The notes: a model not told the origin generated them from the letters alone. A stretch of DNA of 64,000 bases from Candidatus Bathyarchaeota archaeon (GCA_963717465.1 OY970340.1:160001-224000); one strand, 5' to 3'. Positions 32,024 through 43,283 are shown, numbered from the stretch's first letter. Made by a program: numbers and translations.

Positions 32024-33256
32024 TTACTCCCTTAACCCTAAAAATGTAATTTGCTTTTCAACAGATCCAGTCTTGTTGATTCGAAGCAGGTCTTCGAAAA
32101 CTTTTCGAAGCGTTTGCGGACTTGAGTCTCTTCCGCCTAAACCGTAAACATATTCTACTATTGCAGGATGCTTCTTAGATTCGTACATCGCATGTCGAAC
32201 TTCATGGAATACTGCACCACCGTTCCCGCCGAAGCTCATGCTTTTATCCATGACGGCTACTGCAGAAACGTTTCCTAGGGCACTTCGAATTGCTTCTGCT
32301 GGAAAAGGTCTAAACGTTCGTAACCGTAACAATCCAGCTTTAATTTCTTTAGCACGCAACTCATCAACGATAGTCTTAAGCGTACCAGAGGTTGATCCGA
32401 CACTGACAACGGCAATTTCAGCGTCATCAAGCCTATAATTCTCTAAGAGCCCATTGCCATATTTTCTTCCACTTACCTTTTCGTAGTCAGTGTTAACTTT
32501 TTGTATCAGAGCAAGAGCAGTATGCATTGCTTCTTCTTGTTGACGCTTAAATTCGAAATAATAATTGGGTAGAGCCATTGGACCAATGCTCATCGGGTTT
32601 TCAGGATCAAGCTTAAACGAAGCAGTCTTTCCTTCATGAGTCAAGACTTTTGGAAATTCGCGTTCTCCGATGAATTTTTTTACATCTTCATCTGAAAGAA
32701 CACTAACGTTTTCCAATGTGTGACTTGTTGTAAATCCGTCCAAGCCAACGATAATCGGTAAAGCCACATCAACGTTTTCTGCTATTTTGAAGGCCTGAAT
32801 AATAGAGTCATAAGCTTCTTGCGCGTTCTCAACATAGATTTGCAGCCAGCCAGAATCTCGCTCCGCCATGCTGTCCGATTGGTCACCGTTAATGTTTAAA
32901 GGAGCAGATAGTGCACGATTAGCAATCGCCATAACAACTGGAGCACGAGAACCCGAAGTTACAAACAGCATCTCATGCATCAAAGCTAACCCTGCTGATG
33001 CACTTGCAGTAAATGTTCGTGCACCCGTAGCGGATGCTGCGAGACATGCAGCTAAAGCGCTATGTTCTGATTCAGTGCAGACAAATTGTGTTCGAACTTC
33101 TCCGTTGGAAACGTATTCGCCGAATTTTTCCACGATAATTGTTTGTGGAGTAATGGGGTATGCTGCAACAACGTCTACATCTGCCTGCTTGACTGCGTAG
33201 GCGACACACTCGTCCCCGTTTAGAGCAAGAGATTCTTGCCTATTAACTTTCGTCAT
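32024..33256 (-). CDS. porA: 2-oxoacid:ferredoxin oxidoreductase alpha subunit
   Basis: AAYPITPQT, ESEHSA, GLGGRD. Confidence 0.93.
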   Translation of the reverse strand: MTKVNRQESLALNGDECVAYAVKQADVDVVAAYPITPQTIIVEKFGEYVSNGEVRTQFVCTESEHSALAACLAASATGARTFTASASAGLALMHEMLFVTSGSRAPVVMAIANRALSAPLNINGDQSDSMAERDSGWLQIYVENAQEAYDSIIQAFKIAENVDVALPIIVGLDGFTTSHTLENVSVLSDEDVKKFIGEREFPKVLTHEGKTASFKLDPENPMSIGPMALPNYYFEFKRQQEEAMHTALALIQKVNTDYEKVSGRKYGNGLLENYRLDDAEIAVVSVGSTSGTLKTIVDELRAKEIKAGLLRLRTFRPFPAEAIRSALGNVSAVAVMDKSMSFGGNGGAVFHEVRHAMYESKKHPAIVEYVYGLGGRDSSPQTLRKVFEDLLRINKTGSVEKQITFLGLRE

Positions 33257-33262
33257 CCTATT

Positions 33263-33544
33263 TTACTCCTGTTCCAGTTTCATCGTAATTGCCTTTGCGG
33301 GGCATTCATTTGCGCAAATTCCGCAACCTTTGCAAAAGCTAAGATCAAACTCGACTTTTTTGAGTTCTGGACGCCAGCGAATTGCTCCGTCTGGGCAGAA
33401 TAATACGCATGTTAGGCAGAGAGTGCATTTCTCCAAGTCTCTAATAGGCATGAAAGTTTTCCAGTCTCCAGTCATGAAGCCAACGCTTGATTTAGGGCAA
33501 ACGGCAGCCATAGAAATTTCTTTCCAATTTTTTTCTCGACTCAT
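33263..33544 (-). CDS. porD: 2-oxoacid:ferredoxin oxidoreductase delta subunit
   Basis: TGDWKT and two [4Fe-4S] motifs (CKGCGICANECP). Confidence 0.93.
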   Translation of the reverse strand: MSREKNWKEISMAAVCPKSSVGFMTGDWKTFMPIRDLEKCTLCLTCVLFCPDGAIRWRPELKKVEFDLSFCKGCGICANECPAKAITMKLEQE

Positions 33545-34104
33545 TCTGTTTTTGCCTCCTCATATGCTTCCTTGATAACTTTGAAGTTTTTTTCTGCAAC
33601 ATCGGGTCTGAAACGTTCATTTACAGTTTTTTCAACAGTGTCCAAAGAAATTATTCCTGTTGCACGTGCGACGGCACCAAGCATTGCCGTGTTTGTTATC
33701 GGTGCACCTAATATTTTCAGGGCTATTTCAGACGCTGCAACTGTCCAAACCTTGCCTTTAACTACTCTAAGATTTTCCTTTAAAACTGAAGGCGTCTCAG
33801 TTGAATTAAGTATGATTATATCGTCATCCTTGTTTAAACCCGCCGTAACAGGCACAGTTTTAAGCAAAGTATTATCCAAAACTATAACAACATCTGGATC
33901 GTACACAGCGCAATGTAACCTAATTGGTTCCTCACTTATTCGTGTAAAAGCTGTTACAGGAGCACCCATCCTTTCAGGTCCAAACTCTGGAAAAGACTGA
34001 ATATACTTCCCTTCAGCATGCGCTGTTCTAGCTAATAATTCGCTGGCTGTCCAAGCGCCTTGCCCACCACGCCCATGCCATCTGAATTCAACTAGTTTTT
34101 TCAA
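33541..34104 (-). CDS. porG: 2-oxoacid:ferredoxin oxidoreductase gamma subunit
   Basis: RWHGRGGQG, FGPERMGAPV, NTAMLGA. Confidence 0.93.
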   Translation of the reverse strand: MKKLVEFRWHGRGGQGAWTASELLARTAHAEGKYIQSFPEFGPERMGAPVTAFTRISEEPIRLHCAVYDPDVVIVLDNTLLKTVPVTAGLNKDDDIIILNSTETPSVLKENLRVVKGKVWTVAASEIALKILGAPITNTAMLGAVARATGIISLDTVEKTVNERFRPDVAEKNFKVIKEAYEEAKTE

Positions 34105-34314
34105 GTAATCTTTCTCCAAATAATGTTCACAAATTAAATACACAATACCTAAATATACATTTTTATTGCAAAAATACGTTTCTATTTATCTTCATACGAT
34201 AATCTTTCTATCGACATTGACATAAGTATCGCTAATATGCAACCAAGCTCAACACTACTGATAAAATTTAATCAGTTATAGGATATGTTAAAAAGGTATG
34301 CGTTGCATTATTTT

Positions 34315-35038
34315 ATGGTGCCCAAGGTGGAGAAATCGGATTGGGAAAGACTTATTGACAGCTTGGTGAAACAGGGAATTCTCCATTCGCCTAAGGTAAT
34401 TGCGGCAATGCGCTCGTTACCCCGCACAAAGTTTCTGCCTGCTGACATGCAATCGTACAGTTCCACTGACACGCCTCTTCCAATTGGTTTTAGCCAGACA
34501 ATATCGGCGCCACATAACTTGGCTTAAATGCCTTGTTAGGCGAAACATGGTTTCAATCATGAATGAAGCCCTCCAATTGGAAGTTGGAAACAGAGTCTTG
34601 GAGATAGGTGCAGGCTCAGGCTGGCATGCAGCGACGATAGCGGAGCTGATAACTGCTAAAGATGCTCCAAGAACCGAATGGGGACACGTTTACACGGTAG
34701 AGATTATTCAGGGGTTAGCTGATTTGGCAAGAAAAAACATCATGAACGCAGGTTACGGTGACCGAGTGACCATAATAAACGCTGACGGCTCGAAAGGGTA
34801 CCCTCAAAAAGCACCGTACGACAGAATATTAGTTACCGCAGCAGCCCCTAAAGTTCCAGAACCATTGCTTGAACAATTAAAAATCAATGGTATAATGATG
34901 ATTCCAGTAGGAAGCATGACGCTCTTCCAAAACCTATACAAAATAACTAAAACCGCTGATGGAAAAGTCAAGCGGGAAAATCTTGGTGGGGTAGCTTTTG
35001 TTCCTTTAACTGGGGAACATGGACAGAACCTAAAATAG
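34315..35038 (+). CDS. pcm: Protein-L-isoaspartate O-methyltransferase, interrupted by a 31-nt BHB intron (join 34315..34513,34545..35038)
   Basis: Exon 1 ends DTPLPIGFSQTISAP; exon 2 reads (H)MVSIMNEAL..VLEIGAGSGW..YDRILVTAAA..FVPL. Spliced length 693 nt is in frame. Confidence 0.92.
34514..34544 (+). other. Bulge-helix-bulge (tRNA-type) intron in mRNA
   Basis: CGCC-ACA-UAAC-UU-GGC-UUAAAU-GCC-UU-GUUA-GGCG-AAA-C: 4-bp central helix, two 3-nt bulges, intron hairpin. Confidence 0.85.
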
Positions 35039-36073
35039 CTAACCGAACCATTTAGTCAGCGTGGTTTTGCCTTTTTCTTTCTTTGTGCCCTCAAGCATTT
35101 TATCTAAGGACTTTTTCACCCGATCTTCCGAAAAATCTTTTTCATGACACAGAAAATCAACCGTGCCGTCAACATTTGGCTCTTGCCAATCTAAAGAATA
35201 ATTGTCAGTAACTTCAGGATGCAAGAAAATTTCGCGTATCCGTTCGGGTTCAACTGGGAAAACTGCATTTTTTATGCTCGGTAAAGCCTTTTCTATTGTT
35301 CCATTTTCTTTGATGAGTTTAAGTGCAGTCTTTGGGCCTAGCCCTTTTATGCCGTTAGGGTTAAAATCCGTGCCAATCAATATACCTACATCGATCAACT
35401 GCTCAAAAGTTAACTCGCACTCTTTAAGCGCTTTATTGAGCTCGATTACTTCTGGAACAATGTCGACGTAAACGTTTTTGCTTGGAAGTTTTCTTCTTCC
35501 AGAAATAGTCACGTTCCTAAGCAGCAAAGGCGCCCCGAAAAGCAGACTGTCATAATCTTGACTTGCACAGTAATCAGCTTTGCCACTTTTGGTCATGTGT
35601 GCTGCTTGGGCTTCGCCTTCACTTGGCGCTTGAACACAAGGTATCCCCATAAGATTTAGCAGTTTCTTACTGTCATCCTCCATGTAATCCTTCATCGTCA
35701 TCGTTGCCTGAGCGAACCGTCGCATCTTCTCCTTATCACCCTTTGCAACGGCTTTCTCATAATGCGCAGAAGCTTCGATCTTGATTTGCCTGCGCCGCTC
35801 AATCTCTGCAGCTTTCAAAGTCGGCGGAGTGCCATCAAACACGTAGATTGGTTTTAAACCCATTTCCAGCAGGTTGCTTGTGCGGTAAAATAATCCGCTA
35901 AGGTGACTGGTTATTTTTCCCGTGGCATCTTTTAGCGGCGTGCCATCTGGTTGACGAATAATTGCAAGAAACTGGTAAAGAGCATTATATGCATCTATGG
36001 CGATGACTTTTCCGCTTAAATCTTCAAGTTTAACCTGAGTTTTCGGTATAAGGTCTTTGAAGTTTACGCCCAA
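35039..36073 (-). CDS. fen: Flap endonuclease 1
   Basis: MGV, IDAYNALYQFL, APSEGEAQAA, SQDYDSLLFG, PIP-like TLTKWF. Confidence 0.97.
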   Translation of the reverse strand: MGVNFKDLIPKTQVKLEDLSGKVIAIDAYNALYQFLAIIRQPDGTPLKDATGKITSHLSGLFYRTSNLLEMGLKPIYVFDGTPPTLKAAEIERRRQIKIEASAHYEKAVAKGDKEKMRRFAQATMTMKDYMEDDSKKLLNLMGIPCVQAPSEGEAQAAHMTKSGKADYCASQDYDSLLFGAPLLLRNVTISGRRKLPSKNVYVDIVPEVIELNKALKECELTFEQLIDVGILIGTDFNPNGIKGLGPKTALKLIKENGTIEKALPSIKNAVFPVEPERIREIFLHPEVTDNYSLDWQEPNVDGTVDFLCHEKDFSEDRVKKSLDKMLEGTKKEKGKTTLTKWFG

Positions 36074-36176
36074 AACTTACCACAAATAAACAAAAAGCAA
36101 GAGCCTTAATAAATTTGCCAGTCTTCTTAAAAGAGTATAAATGCAGGTAATACATTAGTATAACGTGTGGTTATAC

Positions 36177-36440
36177 ATGCTTGAAGAAGAAATGAAAGTC
36201 GGCCCAAAGGGACAGGTCGTTATTCCAAGGGCAATGCGTAAAGCATTGAAAATAGAACCAGGCTCCAAAGTCTTGTTTAAACTGGAAGACGATAAGTTAA
36301 TCCTAAAGAAACCTGCTTTCGATGCTGTAGCCGTTTTTACAAGAATTGCCAATGAAATCAAGAGCAATGAAAAAATAAACCCACATGCTTACGAAGAAGA
36401 ACTTGAAGAGAGAACCCGCCGTGCTCTATCTGGACGCTAA
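36177..36440 (+). CDS. AbrB/MazE-type antitoxin
   Basis: KVGPKGQVVIPRAMRKAL. Confidence 0.88.
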   Translation: MLEEEMKVGPKGQVVIPRAMRKALKIEPGSKVLFKLEDDKLILKKPAFDAVAVFTRIANEIKSNEKINPHAYEEELEERTRRALSGR

Positions 36441-36816
36441 CGTCTTTATCTACGCAACAATAAACACTCAGAAACCCGGCGAAAACGCAAGGGAGCTTCT
36501 ACAAAAAATCCAGCAGGGAGAAGAAACAGCAGTAACCTCGGCGTTAACTTTTGATGAAGTCTTCTGGGCAGTAAAAAAATATAGTGCCGAATTAGCATTT
36601 CATTCATGCACAGCGCTATTGAATTTTCCCAATTTAGAGATAATACCCGTTGACAGAGAAACAGCTATTTCAGCCTTGAAAATCATCGATGAATACCACT
36701 TAGCGCCAAGAGATGCCATCCATGCTGCAACCGCAATAGCAGAAAAAGCAGATTTTATAGTTTCAACCGATGCACACTTCGACAAAGTTAAGGAATTAAA
36801 ACGGAAAGAAACATAA
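36421..36816 (+). CDS. VapC/PIN toxin
   Basis: YLDANVF, DAIHAATA, STDAHFD; overlaps the antitoxin. Confidence 0.88.
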   Translation: MLYLDANVFIYATINTQKPGENARELLQKIQQGEETAVTSALTFDEVFWAVKKYSAELAFHSCTALLNFPNLEIIPVDRETAISALKIIDEYHLAPRDAIHAATAIAEKADFIVSTDAHFDKVKELKRKET

Positions 36817-36933
36817 CACAACATACCTCTTGTATGAAGGTTGAAGAAACCAAGTACCTTCCTTTCTTGACTTGTTGAGCACAGCAAATATAAGGAAGAG
36901 TCACAATATGGAACGGCAAAGACGTGTTTGCTT

Positions 36934-37122
36934 ATGACAGAAAAAGCAGCAACATTATCATTAGTTACATGCACAAGTTGCGGAAAACCGATCCCGCCGG
37001 GTACAGAATCGACAAAATTCATGTGTCCAAACTGCGGGGAAATCCAGATAAAACGCTGCGGAAAATGCAGAAAATTCGGTCGCCTTTATAAATGCCCAAA
37101 ATGTGGTTTTACAGGACCATAA
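36934..37122 (+). CDS. Zn-ribbon RNA-binding protein (DUF1610-like)
   Basis: [28 protein letters not shown]; sits upstream of EF-1beta as is usual in archaea. Confidence 0.9.
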   Translation: MTEKAATLSLVTCTSCGKPIPPGTESTKFMCPNCGEIQIKRCGKCRKFGRLYKCPKCGFTGP

Positions 37123-37135
37123 ACGGTGAAAGTTA

Positions 37136-37411
37136 ATGGGCAGCGTTCTTGTAACATACAAGGTTTTTCCGGAAGACATAGTGAAGAACTTTGACCCGTT
37201 GAAAAGCCAAATCCAAGCGTGCATGCCTGAATTTGCTTCGGTAGAAGGCTGGGGAGAAGAGCCCATAGCTTTCGGATTAGTAGCGCTTCTAGTGCAGATA
37301 AAGTTTCCAGAAGACAAAACGGGCATAGTTGACGAATTTGAAACTTCACTTGCCAAAATCCCAGGTGTAAGTCAAGCTCAAACATTCAACGTTCGAAGAA
37401 CAAGCAGGTAA
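37136..37411 (+). CDS. ef1b: Translation elongation factor 1-beta
   Basis: KVFPED, EEPIAFGLVAL. Confidence 0.93.
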   Translation: MGSVLVTYKVFPEDIVKNFDPLKSQIQACMPEFASVEGWGEEPIAFGLVALLVQIKFPEDKTGIVDEFETSLAKIPGVSQAQTFNVRRTSR

Positions 37412-37652
37412 ACGGCAGAGAAAAGCTATTTACCGTTAAATTATGGATTTTTTGTTCAAAAAACCAAGTTTTTCCTTATCATTAATGGCGTCAGGGTTTT
37501 AGGTTCCTTTAAAACTGGAAAAACAGCCGCAAGCAACATTTAAAACTAATTTAAGAATCTGAAGGTTTTTATCCCTACGCTTTAAAGTTTATATAGGAAT
37601 AAAAAGTTCTCAATCATAAAAGTCAAAGTAATAAGTTATTGAAGGATTCATT

Positions 37653-39824
37653 ATGAGCGAAACGCAACTACGTGTAGGAGATGCAAGACAAAGAGACGTA
37701 GGCAGAGGAATAGCACGGATTGACCAACGAACCATGCAAAAACTTGGTATAAGCGCAGGAGACGTAATCGAAATTGTAAATAAACGCACAACGTCTGCTA
37801 TTGCCTGGCCAGCCTACAGCGAAGACCAAAACCGCGACATAATACGCATTGACGGTTTCACCCGTAAAAACAGTGGTGTGGCAATAAACGAGTATGTTGT
37901 CGTTCGGCCAGCAAAAGTCAAAACGGCATTAAGTATAACCTTAGCGCCTGTTGACATGCGACTCAACGTTGATGAAGATTTCACAAATTTTGTCAAGAAT
38001 AGACTAATGGAAAGAACCTTAGTCGAAGGAGACACAACGCTAGTAATGATGCTGGGACACGCAATACCCTTCACAGTTTCAAAAACTAGGCCTCACGGAA
38101 TCATAAAAGTTACAGCTGAAACTCGGCTAACCATTTTAAACGAGCCAGCTCCTGAAGGTAAAGGGTTGCCAAGAACCACTTATGAAGACATTGGTGGTTT
38201 GCATGAGGAGATTCAAAGAGTTCGAGAAATGGTGGAATTGCCTCTTCGGCACCCAGAATTGTTTCAGCGTTTAGGAATAGAACCGCCCAAAGGTGTGCTT
38301 CTTCATGGTCCGCCAGGATGCGGCAAAACCTTACTCGCCAGAGCCGTAGCAAACGAGTCAGAGGCAAACTTTTACTCGATAAACGGACCCGAAATCATGA
38401 GCAAATTTTACGGCGAGTCCGAAGCAAAATTGCGCGAAATTTTCCAACAAGCCCAACAAAACGCTCCAAGCATAATATTCATTGATGAACTGGATGCCAT
38501 AGCTCCAAAAAGAGAAGAAGTAACGGGAGAAGTCGAACGACGCGTTGTCGCTCAACTTTTAGCTTTGATGGATGGCTTAAGCGGCAGAGGAAACGTAATC
38601 GTAATCGGTGCTACAAACAGACCTGGCGCGCTGGATCCTGCTTTACGTCGTCCAGGACGATTTGATAGAGAAATCGAAATAGGTGTTCCAGACAAGAAAG
38701 GAAGATACGAAGTTCTGCAAATTCACACAAGAGGCATGCCGCTTGCAGAAGACGTTGACCTAAAGAAGTTATCTGATATGACCCATGGCTACACAGGTGC
38801 AGATTTATCCGCTCTTGGCAGAGAAACAGCAATGAAGGCACTCCGAAGGTACCTGCCACAGATAAATCTTGAAGAAGAACGCATCCCACCAGCGGTCTTG
38901 GAGAAGATGGAGGTTAAAATGGATGATTTCATCAGCGCATACAAAGAAGTCACTCCGACAGCCATGCGGGAAGTCTACATTGAAGTATCAACAGTCCACT
39001 GGGAAGACGCAGGCGGATTAGAAGAAGTCAAACAACATCTAAAAGAAGCAGTTGAATGGCCACTTAAAACCCCAGAAGTCTTCAGCCGAATGGGAATAAA
39101 ACCTCCAAAAGGCATACTCTTATACGGTCCACCAGGATGCGGCAAAACCTTACTCGCCAGAGCCGTATCAACAGAAAGCGAAGCTAACTTTATCTCGATT
39201 AAGGGTCCTGAAGTTTTCTCCAAATGGGTTGGAGAATCAGAAAAAGCCATAAGAGAAGTCTTCCGCAAAGCCCGAATGGCAGCGCCAGCAGTAGTATTCC
39301 TCGACGAGATGGATTCACTTGCGCCAAGACGTGGCAGTGGAATGTCGGATAGCGGAGTATCTGAACGAGTCATAAGTCAACTATTAACGGAAATGGATGG
39401 AATCGTCACTTTACAAGACATAGTAGTTATCGCTGCCACCAACAGGCCGGACATGGTTGATTCAGCAGTTCTAAGGCCAGGCAGATTCGACAGATTAATT
39501 TACGTGCCTGAACCGGACGAAAAAAGCCGACTGCAAATCTTCAAGATTTACACCAAAGACATGCCGGTAACATCTGATGTCGATTTAAATCAGTTAACAA
39601 GCATAACCAAGTACTATACAGGAGCTGACATTGAATCAGTATGCAGAGAAGCAGCAATGCATGCTTTACGTCGCGACGTGAACATTAGAGAAGTTACGAT
39701 GAAAGATTTCCAGGATGCACTAAAAGAAATGGGTCCCTCAGTTACACCTGACATGGAAAAATGGTACAAGAGCTTCATGCAACAAGTCCGTCAAGTTCAA
39801 AAGCCAGCAACACCAGTAGCTTAG
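37653..39824 (+). CDS. cdc48: CDC48/VCP AAA ATPase
   Basis: N-domain plus two AAA modules (GPPGCGKT twice, RPGRFDR). Confidence 0.97.
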   Translation: MSETQLRVGDARQRDVGRGIARIDQRTMQKLGISAGDVIEIVNKRTTSAIAWPAYSEDQNRDIIRIDGFTRKNSGVAINEYVVVRPAKVKTALSITLAPVDMRLNVDEDFTNFVKNRLMERTLVEGDTTLVMMLGHAIPFTVSKTRPHGIIKVTAETRLTILNEPAPEGKGLPRTTYEDIGGLHEEIQRVREMVELPLRHPELFQRLGIEPPKGVLLHGPPGCGKTLLARAVANESEANFYSINGPEIMSKFYGESEAKLREIFQQAQQNAPSIIFIDELDAIAPKREEVTGEVERRVVAQLLALMDGLSGRGNVIVIGATNRPGALDPALRRPGRFDREIEIGVPDKKGRYEVLQIHTRGMPLAEDVDLKKLSDMTHGYTGADLSALGRETAMKALRRYLPQINLEEERIPPAVLEKMEVKMDDFISAYKEVTPTAMREVYIEVSTVHWEDAGGLEEVKQHLKEAVEWPLKTPEVFSRMGIKPPKGILLYGPPGCGKTLLARAVSTESEANFISIKGPEVFSKWVGESEKAIREVFRKARMAAPAVVFLDEMDSLAPRRGSGMSDSGVSERVISQLLTEMDGIVTLQDIVVIAATNRPDMVDSAVLRPGRFDRLIYVPEPDEKSRLQIFKIYTKDMPVTSDVDLNQLTSITKYYTGADIESVCREAAMHALRRDVNIREVTMKDFQDALKEMGPSVTPDMEKWYKSFMQQVRQVQKPATPVA

Positions 39825-39834
39825 GAGAAAAATT

Positions 39835-40065
39835 ATGCCGCAAATAAAAACATGGAAAACTAGACCAGCCCACTTCGTTTTGCTTGAGATTTTAGGCAAA
39901 AAGGGAGACATGAATGATGACGACCTATTTGACCAGTTAAAAGACGAGTATGAAGACTTAGGTTTCAAAGACTTCAACGATCTCCTACTGAAGCTAGAAG
40001 TAAGCGGAAAAATCCGAACATCATCCATGTCGCGTGGAAAAAGACATATTGAATTAGCTCAATAA
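39835..40065 (+). CDS. Small winged-helix-like conserved protein
   Basis: Operonic position; LLKLEVSGKIR. Confidence 0.7.
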   Translation: MPQIKTWKTRPAHFVLLEILGKKGDMNDDDLFDQLKDEYEDLGFKDFNDLLLKLEVSGKIRTSSMSRGKRHIELAQ

Positions 40066-41303
40066 TGATGATGGCGCACAACGTGCAACCAACGACCAGT
40101 GAGGATGTAATAGTCGTTGGCGGAGGTCCCGTTGGCTCCTATACAGCCCTAAACTTGGCTAAATTAGGCGCTAAAGTAACTGTTTTTGAAGAGCACCCTT
40201 CGATTGGGATTCCAGCCCATTGCGCTGGTCACTTAAGTATCCGTAGTTTGAAGGCAATTGGACTGTATCCTCTTCCAGAAGGCATTGTTGAAAATACTTT
40301 TGATGCAGCAAATTTTTATTCGCCTTCAGGTTTCAAGTTTCCACTTCACCTGTCTTGTCCAGTTACTGCCGTCTTGAACCGGTCACTCTTGGATCAATAC
40401 TTAGCCAAGCAGGCGCAAGCGGCAGGAGCAAGATTCCGCTTAAACTCACGCGTCCAATCGTTAATTATAGTTGACAATTATGTTAAAGGCGTAAAATTGG
40501 ATGATAACCAAAACGTTTATTCTAAAATTACTGTTGACGCCGAAGGAATCTCGTCTAGGCTAATAAAGCAAGCAGGTTTGAAGCCGCTTAATCCAGACAA
40601 GCTTGTGTTTGCTGCACAAGCTGAAGTAAGCAACGTGAAAAATGTTGAGCTACATGCGGTTGAAGTTTACTTAGGCAGACCCTATGCACCAGGATTTTAT
40701 GGGTGGCTTATTCCAAGACCTGACGGATCAGCAAAGGTAGGCTTAGCAACAAACAAGGGAAACCCAGCTGATTTCCTCAAAAACCTCATGTTCAAGCATC
40801 CTGTTGCTTCAAAACAGCTCGCAAACGCAAAAATCACCAAAATATCATTTCACCCAATTACACTGGGCGGATTAATCCCTAAACTTTATTCGAACGGCTT
40901 TTTAGCTGTTGGAGATGTAGCATCTCAAGTTAAGCCGACCACGGGGGGCGGAGTAATTTTTGGCTTAACAAGCGCACAAATTGCTGCCCAAGTAGCAGTC
41001 AAAGCGCTACAAAAAGGTGATTTCTCCTCCGATACTTTGATTGCTTACCAGAAACGATGCAAAGACGCATTAAATTTTGACTTAAGCTTCATGCTTAAGC
41101 TTAGACATTTTCTCGATAACCTTTCTGACCGAAAAATTGAAGAAGCATTCAGGTTCTGCAAGCAATTCGGAGTAGACAACGCATTTCGTGATGTTACAGA
41201 AATTGATTTTCAAGGACAAATGATTCTAAGACAATTAAGCAAGCCATCTATGCTTGTGGCATCCGCTTACCTCTTGCTGCTCTACCTATCTACAAACTTG
41301 TAA
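40065..41303 (+). CDS. Geranylgeranyl reductase-family flavoprotein
   Basis: VVGGGPVG, HCAG, YGWLIP, VGDVASQVKPTTGGG. Confidence 0.9.
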   Translation: MMMAHNVQPTTSEDVIVVGGGPVGSYTALNLAKLGAKVTVFEEHPSIGIPAHCAGHLSIRSLKAIGLYPLPEGIVENTFDAANFYSPSGFKFPLHLSCPVTAVLNRSLLDQYLAKQAQAAGARFRLNSRVQSLIIVDNYVKGVKLDDNQNVYSKITVDAEGISSRLIKQAGLKPLNPDKLVFAAQAEVSNVKNVELHAVEVYLGRPYAPGFYGWLIPRPDGSAKVGLATNKGNPADFLKNLMFKHPVASKQLANAKITKISFHPITLGGLIPKLYSNGFLAVGDVASQVKPTTGGGVIFGLTSAQIAAQVAVKALQKGDFSSDTLIAYQKRCKDALNFDLSFMLKLRHFLDNLSDRKIEEAFRFCKQFGVDNAFRDVTEIDFQGQMILRQLSKPSMLVASAYLLLLYLSTNL

Positions 41304-41448
41304 TAGCAAGTCAAGCATGAAACCGAAAATTGCCATTACCTTTTGAATCTGACAGTTACTGGTTTAAATGATCAAAAGTAACTTTTTTATCTCCAGAAAA
41401 GTAAAGTCATTGTGAAAGCAACCTCATAACCTTCTGGAGAAATTTAAA

Positions 41449-42105
41449 GTGAAAAAGCCTGAAATTTACCTTGAACCCAAATCGAGAACGTTGAAAGTAT
41501 TAGATTTATTGGGAAAAGAGTATCCGAACGCGAAAACAGCTTTAGACTACACGAATCCACTTGAAATTTTAGTAGCCACGATGCTTTCTGCGCAGACGAC
41601 TGATGAAAGAGTGAACATTGTTACGAAAACGCTTTTCAAGAAGTACAGAAAACCGGAAGACTACGCTGGCGTGGATATAAAAGATTTAGAGCAAGACGTC
41701 CGCTCAACTGGTTTTTACCATAACAAGGCAAGTAATCTTAAGAAATGCGGCCAAATGTTAGTTGAAAAGTATCATTCTCAAGTTCCAAAAACAATGGATG
41801 AGCTGCTCGAGCTGCCAGGAGTAGCACGCAAAACCGCTAACATAGTGCTATACAATGCGTACGGCATAACAGCAGGAATAGCGATTGACACTCATGTACG
41901 CAGGCTTTCGCAGCGTCTAGGGCTTACTGAACAAACTGACCCAGCAAAGATAGAAGCAGAATTAATGAAGATAACTCCTAAAGAAGAATGGATGCAACTA
42001 ACTGACCTACTTATTCTTCATGGACGACAAGTTTGCTTTACACAAAAACCAAAATGCGAAGCATGCGTGCTAAACAAAATATGCCCCAGTGCTTTCATGT
42101 TTTAG
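41449..42105 (+). CDS. nth: Endonuclease III
   Basis: LSAQTTD, LPGVARKTAN, IDTHVRR, Fe-S cysteine motif. Confidence 0.95.
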   Translation: MKKPEIYLEPKSRTLKVLDLLGKEYPNAKTALDYTNPLEILVATMLSAQTTDERVNIVTKTLFKKYRKPEDYAGVDIKDLEQDVRSTGFYHNKASNLKKCGQMLVEKYHSQVPKTMDELLELPGVARKTANIVLYNAYGITAGIAIDTHVRRLSQRLGLTEQTDPAKIEAELMKITPKEEWMQLTDLLILHGRQVCFTQKPKCEACVLNKICPSAFMF

Positions 42106-42333
42106 TTAAAAATCAACATTTGATCCCTTAATGTTCATCGTACCTGCTTTCTTTGAAAACTCGTCTCTGAGCCTTTTCTCCATGAAGATTGAAATCCAAA
42201 CGTTCAGAATTAAGGGTTTTTCTTGACTGAAGAGGGCATTATCTTTTAGTTTTGTATGCTCTGATTTTCGGCTTCGGAAATCTTCTGGGAAAGCATTGAT
42301 TAGTATGAAAGTAAAATATTCTTACTGATAATT

Positions 42334-42600
42334 ATGACAGAAGATCTTGAAGTTACTACAATGAGTGAAAAAGGACAAGTTGTCATCCCTCAGTCGATAC
42401 GAAAGGAACTTGGAATAAAACCAAAAACCAAGTTTTTAGTCTACGGAAGAGGCGATACTGTCATAATGAAGAAACTCGAGCTCCCAGACATAAAGAAAGA
42501 ATGGGAAGACATATTCAAGCTGATGGACAAAAAAGAACTAAAGATTTCTGATAAAGAAGTACAGAAAGAGATAGCAGAGGCTAGAAAGGCTACCAGATGA
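42334..42600 (+). CDS. AbrB/MazE-type antitoxin
   Basis: MSEKGQVVIPQSIRKELG. Confidence 0.88.
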   Translation: MTEDLEVTTMSEKGQVVIPQSIRKELGIKPKTKFLVYGRGDTVIMKKLELPDIKKEWEDIFKLMDKKELKISDKEVQKEIAEARKATR

Positions 42601-43017
42601 TTCGACGCTCCGAGTTGTGCTTGACACTAAGTTAGCGCCATAATTTCCGATGGCAAACCGAGAGATCTTTTAAGAAAGGGTATCTCGAAAGAGTTCTGCA
42701 TTGTCACTTCAGACTTGATTTTGAATGAGCTAAGCAGCGTTCTTCGCAGACCAAAATTCAAGACTAACAAGGATGAAATTCACAGAATTATTCTATCGTT
42801 AATACAGACAGCAGAGATTGTAGAGGTTATTTCAAAACTCAATCTGATTAAAGAAGATCCTAAAGATGATATGGTTGTTGGGACAGCTTATGATGGAAGC
42901 GCCGACTTTATTGTTTCCGGAGACAGCCATCTTTTGGAGCTAAAGAATTTTAAAGGCATAAAAATAGTCAATGCCAAGCAAATGCTCGTTTATCTCGAAG
43001 AACAAACTCCTAAATAA
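42600..43017 (+). pseudogene. PIN-domain toxin with a small deletion/frameshift near 42630
   Basis: LRVVLDT(N) then VSAIISDGKP in a different frame; DPKDD and IVSGDSHLL downstream. Confidence 0.75.
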
Positions 43018-43283
43018 TGTTGTACCAGTTGAACCATGTATTTACACTGAAAATACCGATGACTTCAAAAAATACCTGTTTCTGAACGCTCCTAACCCTC
43101 TTAAGTGACCACAGACACTATTGTAACCACGAGTTGAAGATCCTTAGCAATTAGCTAAAGCAGTTGATTCGTCAGTCGACTTCGGTATAAAAGTGTTATG
43201 ACAACCGGAATTTAAGGTTAAATGGTAGTACTATTGTCATAAATTAGGACAAAACTTTTAAGGTAGTACCATTATTTTGCTCA

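Noticed and set aside
34400..34546. Track ORF N-terminus MRQCARYPAQ... as the pcm start
   Set aside because: This is an off-frame extension; the true N-terminal PIMT motifs are in the 34315 frame.
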